Shown here: piece after piece, positions 1-9,749 of the stretch | Layout: every line of letters starts with the position of its first letter | Numbering within the stretch: position 1 is the stretch's first letter | NCBI GenBank assembly: GCA_013202845.1 | Contig: JABMPT010000008.1 | Location: 5,415-69,414 of the forward strand | DNA from: Candidatus Woesearchaeota archaeon | Lineage (GTDB): Archaea > Nanobdellota > Nanobdellia > Woesearchaeales > GCA-2686295 | Length of the DNA: 64,000 bases | Direction of reading: 5' to 3' | Notes under the pieces: generated by a model | Told to the model about the DNA's origin: nothing | Databases searched by the model: none | The model's input: only the letters and a program-made list of their open reading frames with translations | Position numbers and translations under genes: made by a program

Positions 1-447
1 AGGAATAAAATACCTGTTATAACCGGGAAAACAACTCCTTTCCACATTGGAAGAGCAGAGGTTTTCAAGAAAGGAACAGATGTAACTATAATTGCTTGTG
101 GAATAATGGTTAACGAAGCATTGAAAGCATCGGAAGAATTGTATAGTCACGGAGTGAATGCTGAATTAATAAACTGCCACACAATAAAGCCCATTGACAA
201 AGCTAAGATAATAGCTTCCGCAAAGAAAACAGGTTGTGTCGTGACAGCAGAAGAACACCAGAAGCATGGTGGATTAGGAAGTGCAGTTGCAGAAGTGATT
301 GTTAAGCATCACCCAGTGCCGATGGAGTTTGTAGCAGTGAATGACAAGTTTGGAGAAAGCGGCAAACCAGACGAATTAATGAAGAAATATGGATTAACTT
401 CTAAAGACATAGTTCATGCAGTGAATAAAGTCGTTAAAAGGAAGTAA
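1..447 (+). CDS. transketolase C-terminal subunit, 5'-truncated by the window edge
   Basis: Frame 1 is open from position 1. The C-terminal sequence (GGLGSAVAEV..., ...PDELMKKYGLT) matches the transketolase C-terminal domain family. Stop TAA at 445-447. Confidence 0.75.
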   Translation, partial: RNKIPVITGKTTPFHIGRAEVFKKGTDVTIIACGIMVNEALKASEELYSHGVNAELINCHTIKPIDKAKIIASAKKTGCVVTAEEHQKHGGLGSAVAEVIVKHHPVPMEFVAVNDKFGESGKPDELMKKYGLTSKDIVHAVNKVVKRK

Positions 448-490
448 TGCTTGCTCGGGGCATAATAGAAGAGATAAGAATCAGATTTAA

Positions 491-1009
491 TTATTTCAAT
501 TTACTAAAATACTTTGAGAACTTCTGAACATATGAATTCTCAATTAAACCTTGTTCTGTTTCACTAGTTAGTCTAAAACCTGTAGCAAGAACAGCGGAAG
601 CAATTCCATTCAAAGGAATCTGCCAAGTAGAAGAAAGCAAAGGATCCTGAGAACCGCCAATAAGATGAGATAAATAAGTTGCACCAAAAGCAAAAGCAGT
701 AGTGCTAACAGTAGAAGTACCAATAGCTAAATTTCTATTAGGAATATTAGTTGCAATATACTGACAAATTCTCGTATTAAAACCGCCGATAAGTAAATTA
801 TAAAAAAACTGATTACGAAAAACAACCGCAGCTTCCAAAGCACCATAATCACTATTAATAAAAGCATTAATGCCGCCAATAAGAAAACCGCTCAAAGCAC
901 CAACCTTATAATTTATACCTTTGGAAGTGAAATCATAAATACGCCTAATAACACCAGGGTGGTTCTTAACAACAGAATCATATTCAGAATCAACTAAATT
1001 CTCATCCAT
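491..1009 (-). CDS. hypothetical protein (Gly-rich, possibly membrane-associated)
   Basis: 172-aa ORF with no recognisable motif. Confidence 0.35.
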   Translation of the reverse strand: MDENLVDSEYDSVVKNHPGVIRRIYDFTSKGINYKVGALSGFLIGGINAFINSDYGALEAAVVFRNQFFYNLLIGGFNTRICQYIATNIPNRNLAIGTSTVSTTAFAFGATYLSHLIGGSQDPLLSSTWQIPLNGIASAVLATGFRLTSETEQGLIENSYVQKFSKYFSKLK

Positions 1010-1141
1010 GCTTAAAGGAAATAAAAATAGTTTATATACTTTAAGAAAAAAGATGAGGGGAAAGAAGGGTTGATAAGTGTTTGGGAGGGGGAGGCGGAAG
1101 GATTTCGGGATGTTTTATACTAAAGTAAAGAATGTGAAACT

Positions 1142-1945
1142 CTATTCTGGGCTTTGGCTTTTCTTCGTTGTTAAAAGAATTGTCTTGTACGGAAGAGAAA
1201 GATTATCTGGCTCATCTTTCAACAACTCAGATAAATCATCTAAAAACTTTTTTGATTCTTCATCAGGTAAAGAACTAACCCATCCCCAAGTCCTTATTAA
1301 TTTAACGTACTTGTCCTTTGTTAATTCTAAATTCCAATAATGGGTGTTTACTTCAGTTGGTTCAAACAAACCACTTGTATCTAACTTATCAATATATCTT
1401 TTTGGTGAACCACAATCAGGAGGAAATATTGGACAATGTTTAAGATATAAATCTCTTACTTGTGCAACTAAACCTCTTTTATCATAATCCTCAAAATTCC
1501 AAAAAGCAGCAAGTGTTCCAGAATCTTTTAATAAATCAGAAATTTTTTTATAACCAACTTCTGGTATAATCCAATGAAGAGCTTGTCCGGAAATAATTAA
1601 ATCAAACGATTCTTTCGACAAATCCACAGTTTCAAATTCTCCAACAACATAACTAACATTTGGTAAAGTTGAAGATTTTTCCCTTGCAATATCAATTAAT
1701 TCTTCACTAAAATCTACTCCAATTACTTGATAACCTCTTTCACCAAATAAAATTGTAGCTCTTCCTGGACCACAACCAATATCTAAAACATCACCATTAT
1801 CTGGAACTCCTGAAATTTCAATAACATCATCAACCACCGAACTAGGATAAGTAGGTCTAGCTTCATCATACAAAGCACTATTTTTTCCAAATTCTTTCTT
1901 TATTTCGTTAGGTGGATCCATTATAATTTCCAAAATGAAGAACAA
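1142..1945 (-). CDS. class I SAM-dependent methyltransferase
   Basis: Motif I VLDIGCGPGRATI, followed by the acidic loop GVDFSEEL. Confidence 0.7.
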   Translation of the reverse strand: MFFILEIIMDPPNEIKKEFGKNSALYDEARPTYPSSVVDDVIEISGVPDNGDVLDIGCGPGRATILFGERGYQVIGVDFSEELIDIAREKSSTLPNVSYVVGEFETVDLSKESFDLIISGQALHWIIPEVGYKKISDLLKDSGTLAAFWNFEDYDKRGLVAQVRDLYLKHCPIFPPDCGSPKRYIDKLDTSGLFEPTEVNTHYWNLELTKDKYVKLIRTWGWVSSLPDEESKKFLDDLSELLKDEPDNLSLPYKTILLTTKKSQSPE

Positions 1946-2000
1946 GTTTTTAAGTCTTTACTTTGTTTTGGAAAAAAACTATATTTGAGAGAGAGTAAGA

Positions 2001-2047
2001 GATTGTTTGCTGGTGGCATTGGAAGAAGTGATGTCAGCTCGGGGCAC
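2001..2047. repeat. composite repeat copy (block 3 + GC hairpin block 4)
   Basis: gattgtttgctggtggcattggaagaagtgatgtcagctcggggcac. Confidence 0.65.
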
Positions 2048-2095
2048 TATTATTTAGGATAAGAAAAAGGGCATAACTATTTCTATATTGCAAGC

Positions 2096-3430
2096 TTATT
2101 TCTTCCTTTCTTTTCCATCAATATACGCATGCAGGTGATGATATCTCTTTGCGAGTTCTCCTTGATGTGCGATTACCGCTTTTTTGAACAATTTAGGTAT
2201 GTTTAGTTCTAGTCTTTCTTTGCTATAATCTGCTTTTACTAGTTGAGGTATAAATTGTAGTAATGCATCTCCAAATGATTTTGAAGCTTCTCTAGGTAGT
2301 TCTATGGGTAGTTTATCTTGTGCTAGTATTACTGGTCCAAATCCTTCTACTCCATCTTTTACTTTCTCTGTTAATGGTTCATATACATATACTGGGTTTT
2401 CGCTTGTCGTTGCTTTTGTCGTTAGTTCTATTGACCCTTCTATGTCGCATGATATGTCTGCTATTACTCTTAGTTTTGGATTTGGATTGAATTCGTAGAA
2501 TTGTTTCATATAACTTAGTGTTACTAGTCTTGGAAACTTCGGTTCCCAGTATATTCCGTTTACCATTATGCTTAGGTATGGTATAAACTTTTCAAATTTG
2601 CTTGTGAATCTTTCTGGATACTTTCTATATAGATAGCTGTCAAAGTTTCCTCCTTCTTTTTTCATAAGAATGTCTGATTTTTTAAATTCAACTATGTATA
2701 TTACTCCGTTTGAGAATTTTCCTTTTCTATAAAATGCTCCTAGTTCATCAGCAGATATGTTTATGGATGGTAGTAATCTGATGATTTCTTGTGATGCTTT
2801 TGAAACTCTTCCAAATCCTGTGAATCCAATAACAAGTGGTGTTAATTGGTTTGGCAGTCCTTCTTTTTTGATTTTTTTACCTATGTTCTTGATAACTTTT
2901 TTTATTTCAGCTAAACTATCATATGTACATGTTTGTTTTAATTCTTCAAATGGGTTTTCAACTCCATCCCATTTTAATCTTTTACCAAAAATCCATAAGG
3001 CATTAATCATTCCAACATAACCTGCATAATCACCAAAGAATACTACTCTTCTTCCATTATCTCGCTTTACTAGTTCATAATCAATTAAAGTAATTTTTTT
3101 CTTAAGAATTTGCTTGAGCATTCCCATATTGTATTTTTGACCTTTGATTGTATGAGAAAAAAACAAATAAGTTTTGCCTGCTATTAGCTCTTTAGCTGGA
3201 ACTTCTTTTACTCCTAGAATAACTTTACATGGTTTTAAGTCTCTTGAGATAGTTGCACCTGTCGCTCTATATTCTGCATCTTTAAAAATACGTAGTTTTG
3301 AAGGTTGAACTATTACTCCAATATCTTTATGTTCATGAATTAGTTTTTTAACATGCTCTGGTGTTAATACAACTCTTCTCTCATCAACATGGCCTGTTTC
3401 TTTTTTTATACCAATAAACACTTTCTCCAT
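2096..3430 (-). CDS. saccharopine dehydrogenase / LOR-SDH (alanine dehydrogenase/PNT-like) family protein
   Basis: 444 aa; architecture and length resemble lysine-ketoglutarate reductase / saccharopine dehydrogenase-like enzymes. ATG start at 3430. Confidence 0.5.
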   Translation of the reverse strand: MEKVFIGIKKETGHVDERRVVLTPEHVKKLIHEHKDIGVIVQPSKLRIFKDAEYRATGATISRDLKPCKVILGVKEVPAKELIAGKTYLFFSHTIKGQKYNMGMLKQILKKKITLIDYELVKRDNGRRVVFFGDYAGYVGMINALWIFGKRLKWDGVENPFEELKQTCTYDSLAEIKKVIKNIGKKIKKEGLPNQLTPLVIGFTGFGRVSKASQEIIRLLPSINISADELGAFYRKGKFSNGVIYIVEFKKSDILMKKEGGNFDSYLYRKYPERFTSKFEKFIPYLSIMVNGIYWEPKFPRLVTLSYMKQFYEFNPNPKLRVIADISCDIEGSIELTTKATTSENPVYVYEPLTEKVKDGVEGFGPVILAQDKLPIELPREASKSFGDALLQFIPQLVKADYSKERLELNIPKLFKKAVIAHQGELAKRYHHLHAYIDGKERKK

Positions 3431-3546
3431 AAAAGTAATAATTTCATGTCAGGCTTTAAACTTTCCTATTTCTCAAATAATCTTTTGAATCATAAAAGAA
3501 TATTTAAAGGTTTTACAAATATAGAGTAACATCAATATATTTGTTT

Positions 3547-3616
3547 TCGACATGAAGAAATGTTGAACAGAGTTGTTTAATAAGTGTTTGGGAGGGAAAA
3601 GCGGAAGATTTTGAAC
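3547..3616. repeat. composite intergenic repeat copy (blocks 1+2)
   Basis: Near-identical to 9590-9658. Confidence 0.7.
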
Positions 3617-4450
3617 TTATTCAACAGCTGCTGGAATTTTAGGAGCTCCATCAAACAATATTGTATTCTCAGGGATTTTTTCCTTCATTGTGCCAAACTT
3701 AATGTGACAATTAATACTATTCTTTTTACAGAATTCTATAACTTGTGTTGCACATTTTTCATAAAATTCCTCATTACCATTTCTAAACATACTGCTTTCC
3801 ACATTATAATTCAACTTTCCAAAAATGATGGTGTCTACAAAAGAAATTTTGTTTAATATTTCTAACAGGTTTTGCTTTTGTATACTCTCAGGAGGGTATG
3901 GCTCAACACTAACCCATGTTTTCAATCCTTGGTCATGAAGATATTTTAATGCTGCAATCCTTTTTTCATAAGGAGCGCTATAAGGTTCCCATTTTTTCTT
4001 ATAATTATTATCAAGAGAAACTAGAGTAATTCCATATTCATTATTAGCACCGAATTTTTCAATGTTCTTCAAAACTTTAGGATAAATTCCTTTTGTTAAA
4101 ACAGTGCATTTAATATTGTCCTTGTTAAGTCTTGCAATGATTCTCAGCGTTAAATGTTCAACTTCTTTATAACCACACATGAAAGGGTCTGTCATAAAGC
4201 ATAGATGAACAAATTTTATCTCATCTTTGTATTTTGGAATTTCCTTATCTAAGATTTCAATCGCATTTTCGACGATTTTAGGTTTTAGCCAGTCATGATA
4301 AGTTTTGACTCTCCCAAACCTTTTAGCCATATTGAAAGCATAGCAAGGAAAAGTACACCCATGAGAACAACCTTCAACATGATTGATACAGAAATCAGCG
4401 TATTCAACACCACTTTTATACAAAAGACTCTTCCTTTTAACACTCTCCAA
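3617..4450 (-). CDS. radical SAM / SplB (COG1533)-like protein with variant three-Cys motif C-x3-C-x3-C
   Basis: N-terminal GCSHGCTFPCYA resembles the GCSHxCxYCYA cluster of SplB-like radical SAM proteins but has one extra residue. Apparent TTG start. Immediately upstream of the TcmP-like gene. Confidence 0.5.
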   Translation of the reverse strand: MESVKRKSLLYKSGVEYADFCINHVEGCSHGCTFPCYAFNMAKRFGRVKTYHDWLKPKIVENAIEILDKEIPKYKDEIKFVHLCFMTDPFMCGYKEVEHLTLRIIARLNKDNIKCTVLTKGIYPKVLKNIEKFGANNEYGITLVSLDNNYKKKWEPYSAPYEKRIAALKYLHDQGLKTWVSVEPYPPESIQKQNLLEILNKISFVDTIIFGKLNYNVESSMFRNGNEEFYEKCATQVIEFCKKNSINCHIKFGTMKEKIPENTILFDGAPKIPAAVE

Positions 4451-4513
4451 GTCCTAACACCTCATACTTCACCCTTTTTACAATAAAATAATAATAGTAT
4501 ATAATAGTTTTGA

Positions 4514-5596
4514 TTATGAAAATATCACTGAATCTTCTTCATTTAAACCAGTTCTTGGCTTTCCGGTTTTAGTTTCTTTCTCAAATCGGTCTATTTTGGC
4601 TTTGCCTTCAATCTCAAGTTCTTTAATAACTTGACGAAAATGTTTTACAAGATAAACTGTTTCATCTAACTGATCACAAATGATTTCTTGAAAGGTTTTT
4701 GTTTTTTTCGAATATTCAGATAATAAATATTTTTTTAATTCTTTGAATTTTATATCATCATAGTCAAAAAAAGTCATTTGATTCTGATTCCTTCCTCTAT
4801 ATTCAACGCGTCCATGATTATATTTAGCGAAAGAACTCTTCATTATCTCACATCCTAGATAATAATTTGTTAAATGAAATAAATAATAATAAGTTCTTTT
4901 CATTAAAGGAAAACTTATTTTAAAAGGATATACAAATTCACAGAACTCTTTTAGTTTTAGACGATAAAGTTCTATTGTTTTATTTTCTTTATCTTGACCT
5001 GAGAACTTATTTAGAGATTTCCATTCATCAGAACCGAATAAGTCAGTCAAAACATTGCTAGCTTGTTCAACATTCAAATTTCTTATTATACCATCATACA
5101 TAAAATTTAAGAAAATCTCTGATTTCGGAATTTTCATCATTTTTTTTAAAGTTGTTAACTTGATTTTAAATCCGAAAGGATCAACAAAGAAAAAGGATGG
5201 GGCTAAATTTGTATGTTTGTCTAGAATTTTATTTATTGCTTTATCAAAATCTGAATTAATAAACTTAACTTCAACATCTAACTTTCTAAGTTCGAGAATT
5301 GTTTTAATATTATCAAGGTTTGATTGTTTGCTATCAATTATAATAAGACATGCGTCTCTTTTTAGACCTTCACTATTTTTTTTAATTATTTCCGCCGCAA
5401 GTATTGGAGAACCATAAAAAATTGATTCTTTATATTCATAGGCTCCAATTCCGCCAAACCCATCAAAATAATTTAAAGGACTAGATTTTCCAACAATTTT
5501 AATCCATTTATCAAAATAATCTGCAAATACCAAATGTTTTATTTTAGTGTGTTCTTGATATTTCCAAGTTTTAAAAGGGAGTTTTGTTTCTTTCAT
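4514..5596 (-). CDS. three-Cys-motif partner protein (TcmP-like)
   Basis: N-terminal HTKIKHLVFADYFDKW resembles the TcmP family signature. Gene pair with the 3-Cys protein, separated by a 63-nt spacer. First ATG at 5596 (the track's first M is GTG). Confidence 0.45.
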   Translation of the reverse strand: MKETKLPFKTWKYQEHTKIKHLVFADYFDKWIKIVGKSSPLNYFDGFGGIGAYEYKESIFYGSPILAAEIIKKNSEGLKRDACLIIIDSKQSNLDNIKTILELRKLDVEVKFINSDFDKAINKILDKHTNLAPSFFFVDPFGFKIKLTTLKKMMKIPKSEIFLNFMYDGIIRNLNVEQASNVLTDLFGSDEWKSLNKFSGQDKENKTIELYRLKLKEFCEFVYPFKISFPLMKRTYYYLFHLTNYYLGCEIMKSSFAKYNHGRVEYRGRNQNQMTFFDYDDIKFKELKKYLLSEYSKKTKTFQEIICDQLDETVYLVKHFRQVIKELEIEGKAKIDRFEKETKTGKPRTGLNEEDSVIFS

Positions 5597-5686
5597 CACA
5601 AAAAAGGTTGTTTATTATTATGGTAGTTTTGTATTTATATACTTTATGTGACCATGTCCAGTGCTGGAAACTTATTCATCAGAAGG

Positions 5687-5729
5687 ATTGTTTGTTGGTG
5701 GCATAAGAATTAATGTCCGCTCGGGGCAT
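5687..5729. repeat. composite repeat copy (block 3 + GC hairpin block 4), overlapping the 3' coding end of 5710-6267
   Basis: gattgtttgttggtggcataagaattaatgtccgctcggggcat. Confidence 0.65.
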
Positions 5730-6267
5730 ATTTATTCTTTTTTAAAAGAACCACTTTCCAAGTCACTTTTCCATCCTTATTCATTTTTACTTCAGGACGA
5801 ATATTGTAATTCGGCTCAATTTTACACTGTTCACAAGCAATCATATAGAGCACCGCAACTAATAATACACTATACACATGAAACTTTTGCCAATCATTAG
5901 AAGAACTAACTGCCTTAAGTAATTCTGCATTATCTGTATGAAACAATAACTCCATATTTTCAAGTTTCTTATTAACATCTTCAATAGTTACAGTAATTGA
6001 ATGAACGAGTTTATTTCTCAAATCAATAATTAATTTGATAAGATTGTAAGCACGTTTTTCTAAAACACCTTTACTCAAAAGAGCTTTACATCTTTCCTTA
6101 AGCGTTCCTTTAACACCCATCTTCTTACAAATAAAAAGTAAGTAATGCTCCATGTATAAATCAATATACAAAATAAGAACTCGAACGTCAAAAGTAGGTT
6201 TTTGACGTACTATTCCTTCAATGTCATTATAAAACGATATTAAATTAACAATTTTCTTCATAAACAT
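5710..6267 (-). CDS. HEPN-like protein (RN-x3-H motif)
   Basis: IDLRNKLVHS fits the HEPN R-x4-6-H consensus (RNxxxH). Helical, 185 aa. The C-terminal codons coincide with the repeated GC-rich hairpin motif. Confidence 0.4.
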   Translation of the reverse strand: MFMKKIVNLISFYNDIEGIVRQKPTFDVRVLILYIDLYMEHYLLFICKKMGVKGTLKERCKALLSKGVLEKRAYNLIKLIIDLRNKLVHSITVTIEDVNKKLENMELLFHTDNAELLKAVSSSNDWQKFHVYSVLLVAVLYMIACEQCKIEPNYNIRPEVKMNKDGKVTWKVVLLKKNKYAPSGH

Positions 6268-6581
6268 AAAAATACTTCTTGTATGTATTTAATTATTTTC
6301 TTTTTCTTAAATAACCACACAACAAAAACAACCTTTTCAAGAGTGAATCCGGAAAGAATCACAGGAACAAGCGAGGAAGGATAGTTTGTTGGTGGCATAG
6401 GAGGAAGTGATAAAGAAGAAGAATAATCATCGGGGTTATTATGGAAAGCAATAGATGTTGTATATGAGAATAAAATGTTTTCATCCTTCGAATATTGGAT
6501 ACGGGATGCAGACAAAAGCACACCAAGTGTGAAAACGGCAAAGAGAAAAATTACTAAAATTCTTGCTAATCCCGACAAATC

Positions 6582-6773
6582 TTATCTCACTCTGTACTCA
6601 TAAGCGTTTCTCCTACCGGCGTTCTTATACGTGAGGAGGTTTGTTTTCCTCAGCTTCTTCAGAGACATGGTCACTGAACCAATAGAAACTTTCAATCTTT
6701 TAGCAATATCTTTAGATGCAAACCATCTTCCTTTGTTCTTACACAGAAAATCATACACTTCTTGCTGCCCCAT
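6582..6773 (-). CDS. small winged-helix DNA-binding protein
   Basis: 63 aa, basic. SIGSVTMSLKKL.K..LL resembles a wHTH recognition helix. ATG at 6773. Confidence 0.45.
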   Translation of the reverse strand: MGQQEVYDFLCKNKGRWFASKDIAKRLKVSIGSVTMSLKKLRKTNLLTYKNAGRRNAYEYRVR

Positions 6774-6936
6774 CAAAAATCACCACTTATGATTTTTGTG
6801 AGTCTCAAAAAAGTCTTTTTTTGTTGCCCCATAATTACCGCTCTTTATGTATTTGAAACGTTGCAGTATATAAGCCTTTGTTTTTATATAGCAACATCCG
6901 TAAACAACCACAGAACAATCGAGAAAATTATTTTAT

Positions 6937-7668
6937 TCATATTTCAACTCCCTTCTTTTTTAAGTATATAAAAATAGGACCAGTGATCAAAGCAATAATC
7001 ATAACCAAGAGACTTCCATATAGAAATCTATCTAGTAAATACCAAACTGGTTTAAAATAAAAGAAGTACCTGATAGCAACTTTTAGCCCATGTATAATGA
7101 TGGAATATAAAACTCCTAGAACCAGCACATTTGAAATATTAAAATCCCCATAAGTTTTTATGAGTTTGATTAAAGAAAAAACAATCATTAAAGCCCATAA
7201 AGCCTGAGTTAAGTTTAGGAAATATGGTATGTTGTACTTTAAACCGATTACATATTGCGAAATGGCTATCAATATTGCTCCCAAAACATAATATCTTATT
7301 GGCCAAAGATATTCTTTTAGAGTTTTGCCAGCGATTCTAGTTTTAAAAACGAATAGCAACATCAATGTGATTACGACTGTTATCAATGGGATAAGAAAGA
7401 ACAGGTCATTGTATTTTTTTTGCAGGCTCAGAGGAAGGATTCTGCTTTGTTCTTCCCGCGGACATGGAACCAAATCATCCCCCGCATAACATTTTTCTGT
7501 TTGTTCAACAAGAGTGGTGGCTCTATCAAGTTTGTCTTCTTCAATACAATCCTCTGGACATAAATCATAATTTTCATTGCTTAAATCACAAAATCCATCT
7601 CCGCAAATCGCCTGGACTAAAGATATATTTATCAGAATAATAAGAATTAAAAAACAAATTCTTTTCAT
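6937..7668 (-). CDS. secreted/membrane protein with N-terminal Cys-rich domain (CGDGFC motif) and multiple transmembrane helices
   Basis: Signal-peptide-like N-terminus, Cys-rich CGDGFCDL...CPEDC, then hydrophobic helices. Confidence 0.45.
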   Translation of the reverse strand: MKRICFLILIILINISLVQAICGDGFCDLSNENYDLCPEDCIEEDKLDRATTLVEQTEKCYAGDDLVPCPREEQSRILPLSLQKKYNDLFFLIPLITVVITLMLLFVFKTRIAGKTLKEYLWPIRYYVLGAILIAISQYVIGLKYNIPYFLNLTQALWALMIVFSLIKLIKTYGDFNISNVLVLGVLYSIIIHGLKVAIRYFFYFKPVWYLLDRFLYGSLLVMIIALITGPIFIYLKKKGVEI

Positions 7669-7822
7669 TTTTTACCTCTTTTTAAATAATATTAACTAAT
7701 CCACTATTTAAATATACTTAAAAAATATCTTTTTTTGGTACAAAGAAATTGTCTTACTTTTATCGAATTTCTATGACTTCTCAAAATGCCCCTTTATCCT
7801 TGTTCTTGATGTCCCACATTTA

Positions 7823-8059
7823 TCAACCAATCCTTCCCATCATCTCCCCACAATACTCCTCAACATCATCATGTTCCAAAACAATTATGTCCTCTCTGTC
7901 ATAAAACAAATCATAGCACTCATGCTCATCCATCAGCTTCTCTTCCATCTCAGCAACCTCGTTCTTCAACTCCTGAACCTTGCTCATCGCTATCAACAAC
8001 GCAAATAACAGTATCAAAGCCAAAGTCCTCGGCTCAAATATCCTGCGTATGAATTTCAT
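7823..8059 (-). CDS. small secreted hypothetical protein
   Basis: 78 aa with a hydrophobic N-terminus. Confidence 0.3.
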   Translation of the reverse strand: MKFIRRIFEPRTLALILLFALLIAMSKVQELKNEVAEMEEKLMDEHECYDLFYDREDIIVLEHDDVEEYCGEMMGRIG

Positions 8060-8140
8060 TTTATTTTAACCTCTCCTTGATATCAACATCCTTCTTCTTG
8101 TACTCCTCCCATCCTTCAGGAGTACAAAAATCACTGTTTT

Positions 8141-8211
8141 CGCCATGAAGAATTGATGAGAGAGGTGTTTAACAAGTGTTTGGGAGAAAAAAGCGGAGGA
8201 AATGCGGGAAG
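8141..8211. repeat. composite intergenic repeat copy (diverged block 1 + block 2)
   Basis: cgccatgaagaattgatgag...aagtgtttgggagaaaaaagcggaggaaatgcggg. Confidence 0.6.
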
Positions 8212-8216
8212 AAAGA

Positions 8217-9491
8217 CTATTTTATTAGATGTATTTTCTCTTGTATCGGAACAAACAATTCAAATCCGTTTTTTGTAACAACACCATCTACTTCAATAGA
8301 AGCACCATTTGCCACTTGCATTCTTGGTTCTATTGTCATTACATAACCGGCTCTTAGCGGTAATTGAGAAGTTGGGTTAACATCATCTCTTCCTTCAGTT
8401 GATCCTTCATTAGTATAATCTAAAAACTTAGGACCAAAAGAAACGCCCGGAGCATGTGTTCCTCCAGCACCTAATTGATGTCCTGTGCTATGCATGTAAG
8501 GTGGATAGCCTGCATTAACAATTACATCTCTTGAAGCTTTATCAACCTCCCAACCTGCAACTCCAGGTTTTGCTGCTAACATCCCTGCTTTAATTGAATC
8601 ATTAAGCAATCCAAACATTTTTTGCACATGTTCAGGAGCTTCAGTTTCTCTATCTTTCAAGACATATCCAAAGTGTTGCAAGTCGCCATGGTAACCATTA
8701 ACACTCAATCCAAAATCAATATAAACTGTTGCTCCAGGATCAATAACCCTGTCTGATGGCTTCATATGCGGACTTCCTGCAATGCCTTCCCCAGTTAAAA
8801 CAATTGGATTACGTTCTTTCTCCCAGCTATAACCCAGTTTATTATTGCCTGAAATTCTCTCATCAGAAATTTTATGGAGAAGATCAGCAACATTTTTTTC
8901 TGTCATTCCAGATTTTATCAGCCCAAATCCTTCAATTAAAACATCATTTGTTACCTGAGCTGCTTCTCTCAGCAGATCTATCTCGTATGGGAGCTTTGTA
9001 CTTGCTATAGTGAATATTAATTGATCCGCAGATATAAATGCTTGTTCCTTTGGTTTATCGATTGAGAAATAACCTTCACGCCAGAGTTCTGTTGAAAGAT
9101 TTCTGAAACTTCCGTGACCTAAAGTGTCGACATTTGTGAATTCTTCAGAATAGTTTATTGCCATAGGAGCAACGCCATTTTCTCCTACAATAGAAGCTAA
9201 GTTTTTAGCTACTGTTGGAAAGACATTTCTTCCCTCCATCCTTATTGTCTCGAAACCATATTGCTTTTGAATTTCTAATTCGATATCATGAGAAACAGCA
9301 ACCGTTCGTGTTGGAGTTAGTATATAAGCACGAGGAGATGAACCAGATGGAGCCCCAATTAGTGGCAAATGCGCCTTCTCAGCCTTATTATCTGCAACAA
9401 GTGTAATCCACACAGGAATATCCAACTGCCCCATAATCTCTTGAGCTTGTTTTCTCTTGGCTAAACATTGCTCTAAGTTTGAATCCCCCAT
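8217..9491 (-). CDS. M24-family metallopeptidase (Xaa-Pro aminopeptidase/creatinase-like)
   Basis: Pita-bread fold signatures (..DFG..VNGYHGD.., HSTGHQLG, ..EPR..). Confidence 0.6.
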   Translation of the reverse strand: MGDSNLEQCLAKRKQAQEIMGQLDIPVWITLVADNKAEKAHLPLIGAPSGSSPRAYILTPTRTVAVSHDIELEIQKQYGFETIRMEGRNVFPTVAKNLASIVGENGVAPMAINYSEEFTNVDTLGHGSFRNLSTELWREGYFSIDKPKEQAFISADQLIFTIASTKLPYEIDLLREAAQVTNDVLIEGFGLIKSGMTEKNVADLLHKISDERISGNNKLGYSWEKERNPIVLTGEGIAGSPHMKPSDRVIDPGATVYIDFGLSVNGYHGDLQHFGYVLKDRETEAPEHVQKMFGLLNDSIKAGMLAAKPGVAGWEVDKASRDVIVNAGYPPYMHSTGHQLGAGGTHAPGVSFGPKFLDYTNEGSTEGRDDVNPTSQLPLRAGYVMTIEPRMQVANGASIEVDGVVTKNGFELFVPIQEKIHLIK

Positions 9492-9589
9492 ATTAAAAAC
9501 AGGTAATCTAAATTTATATATAAGTATTGTGGAATATCACTTCTTCCCACCCTTTTTATATAAAAAAGTAACCAAACTAATGGTCAATT

Positions 9590-9682
9590 TCGACATGAAG
9601 AAATGTTGATAGAAGTGTTTAATAAGTGTTTGGGAGAGGAAAGCGGAGGAATTGCGAGTTGTTTGTTGGTGGCATAAGAAGG
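9590..9682. repeat. composite intergenic repeat (blocks 1+2+3: tcgacatgaagaaatgttga...gtttaa | taagtgtttgggag-rr-aagcggagg-aattgcgag | ttgtttgttggtggcataagaagg)
   Basis: Blocks recur at 1071-1109 (block 2), 3547-3616 (1+2), 8141-8211 (1+2), 2001-2047 (3+4), 5687-5729 (3+4) and 6381-6407 (3). Confidence 0.7.
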
Positions 9683-9749
9683 TTTCTGAAACGAAAAATA
9701 GAAATATTTATATGCATTTGTGTATATTTGTAGTTACGGGGGATATAAA

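Noticed and set aside
6258-6578. Overlapping ORFs 6258-6578 and 6359-6541 (minus)
   Set aside because: They lie entirely on the mosaic intergenic repeats (the same DNA yields 'PPMPPTNYP'/'LCHQQTI' in different frames at other copies) and have low-complexity composition, so they are likely non-coding.
3547-9625. Block 1 of the repeat as an archaeal C/D-box sRNA (ATGAAGA ... TGATGAG)
   Set aside because: It has C-box-like heptamers, but no consistent D/D' (CUGA) boxes at the right spacing across copies.
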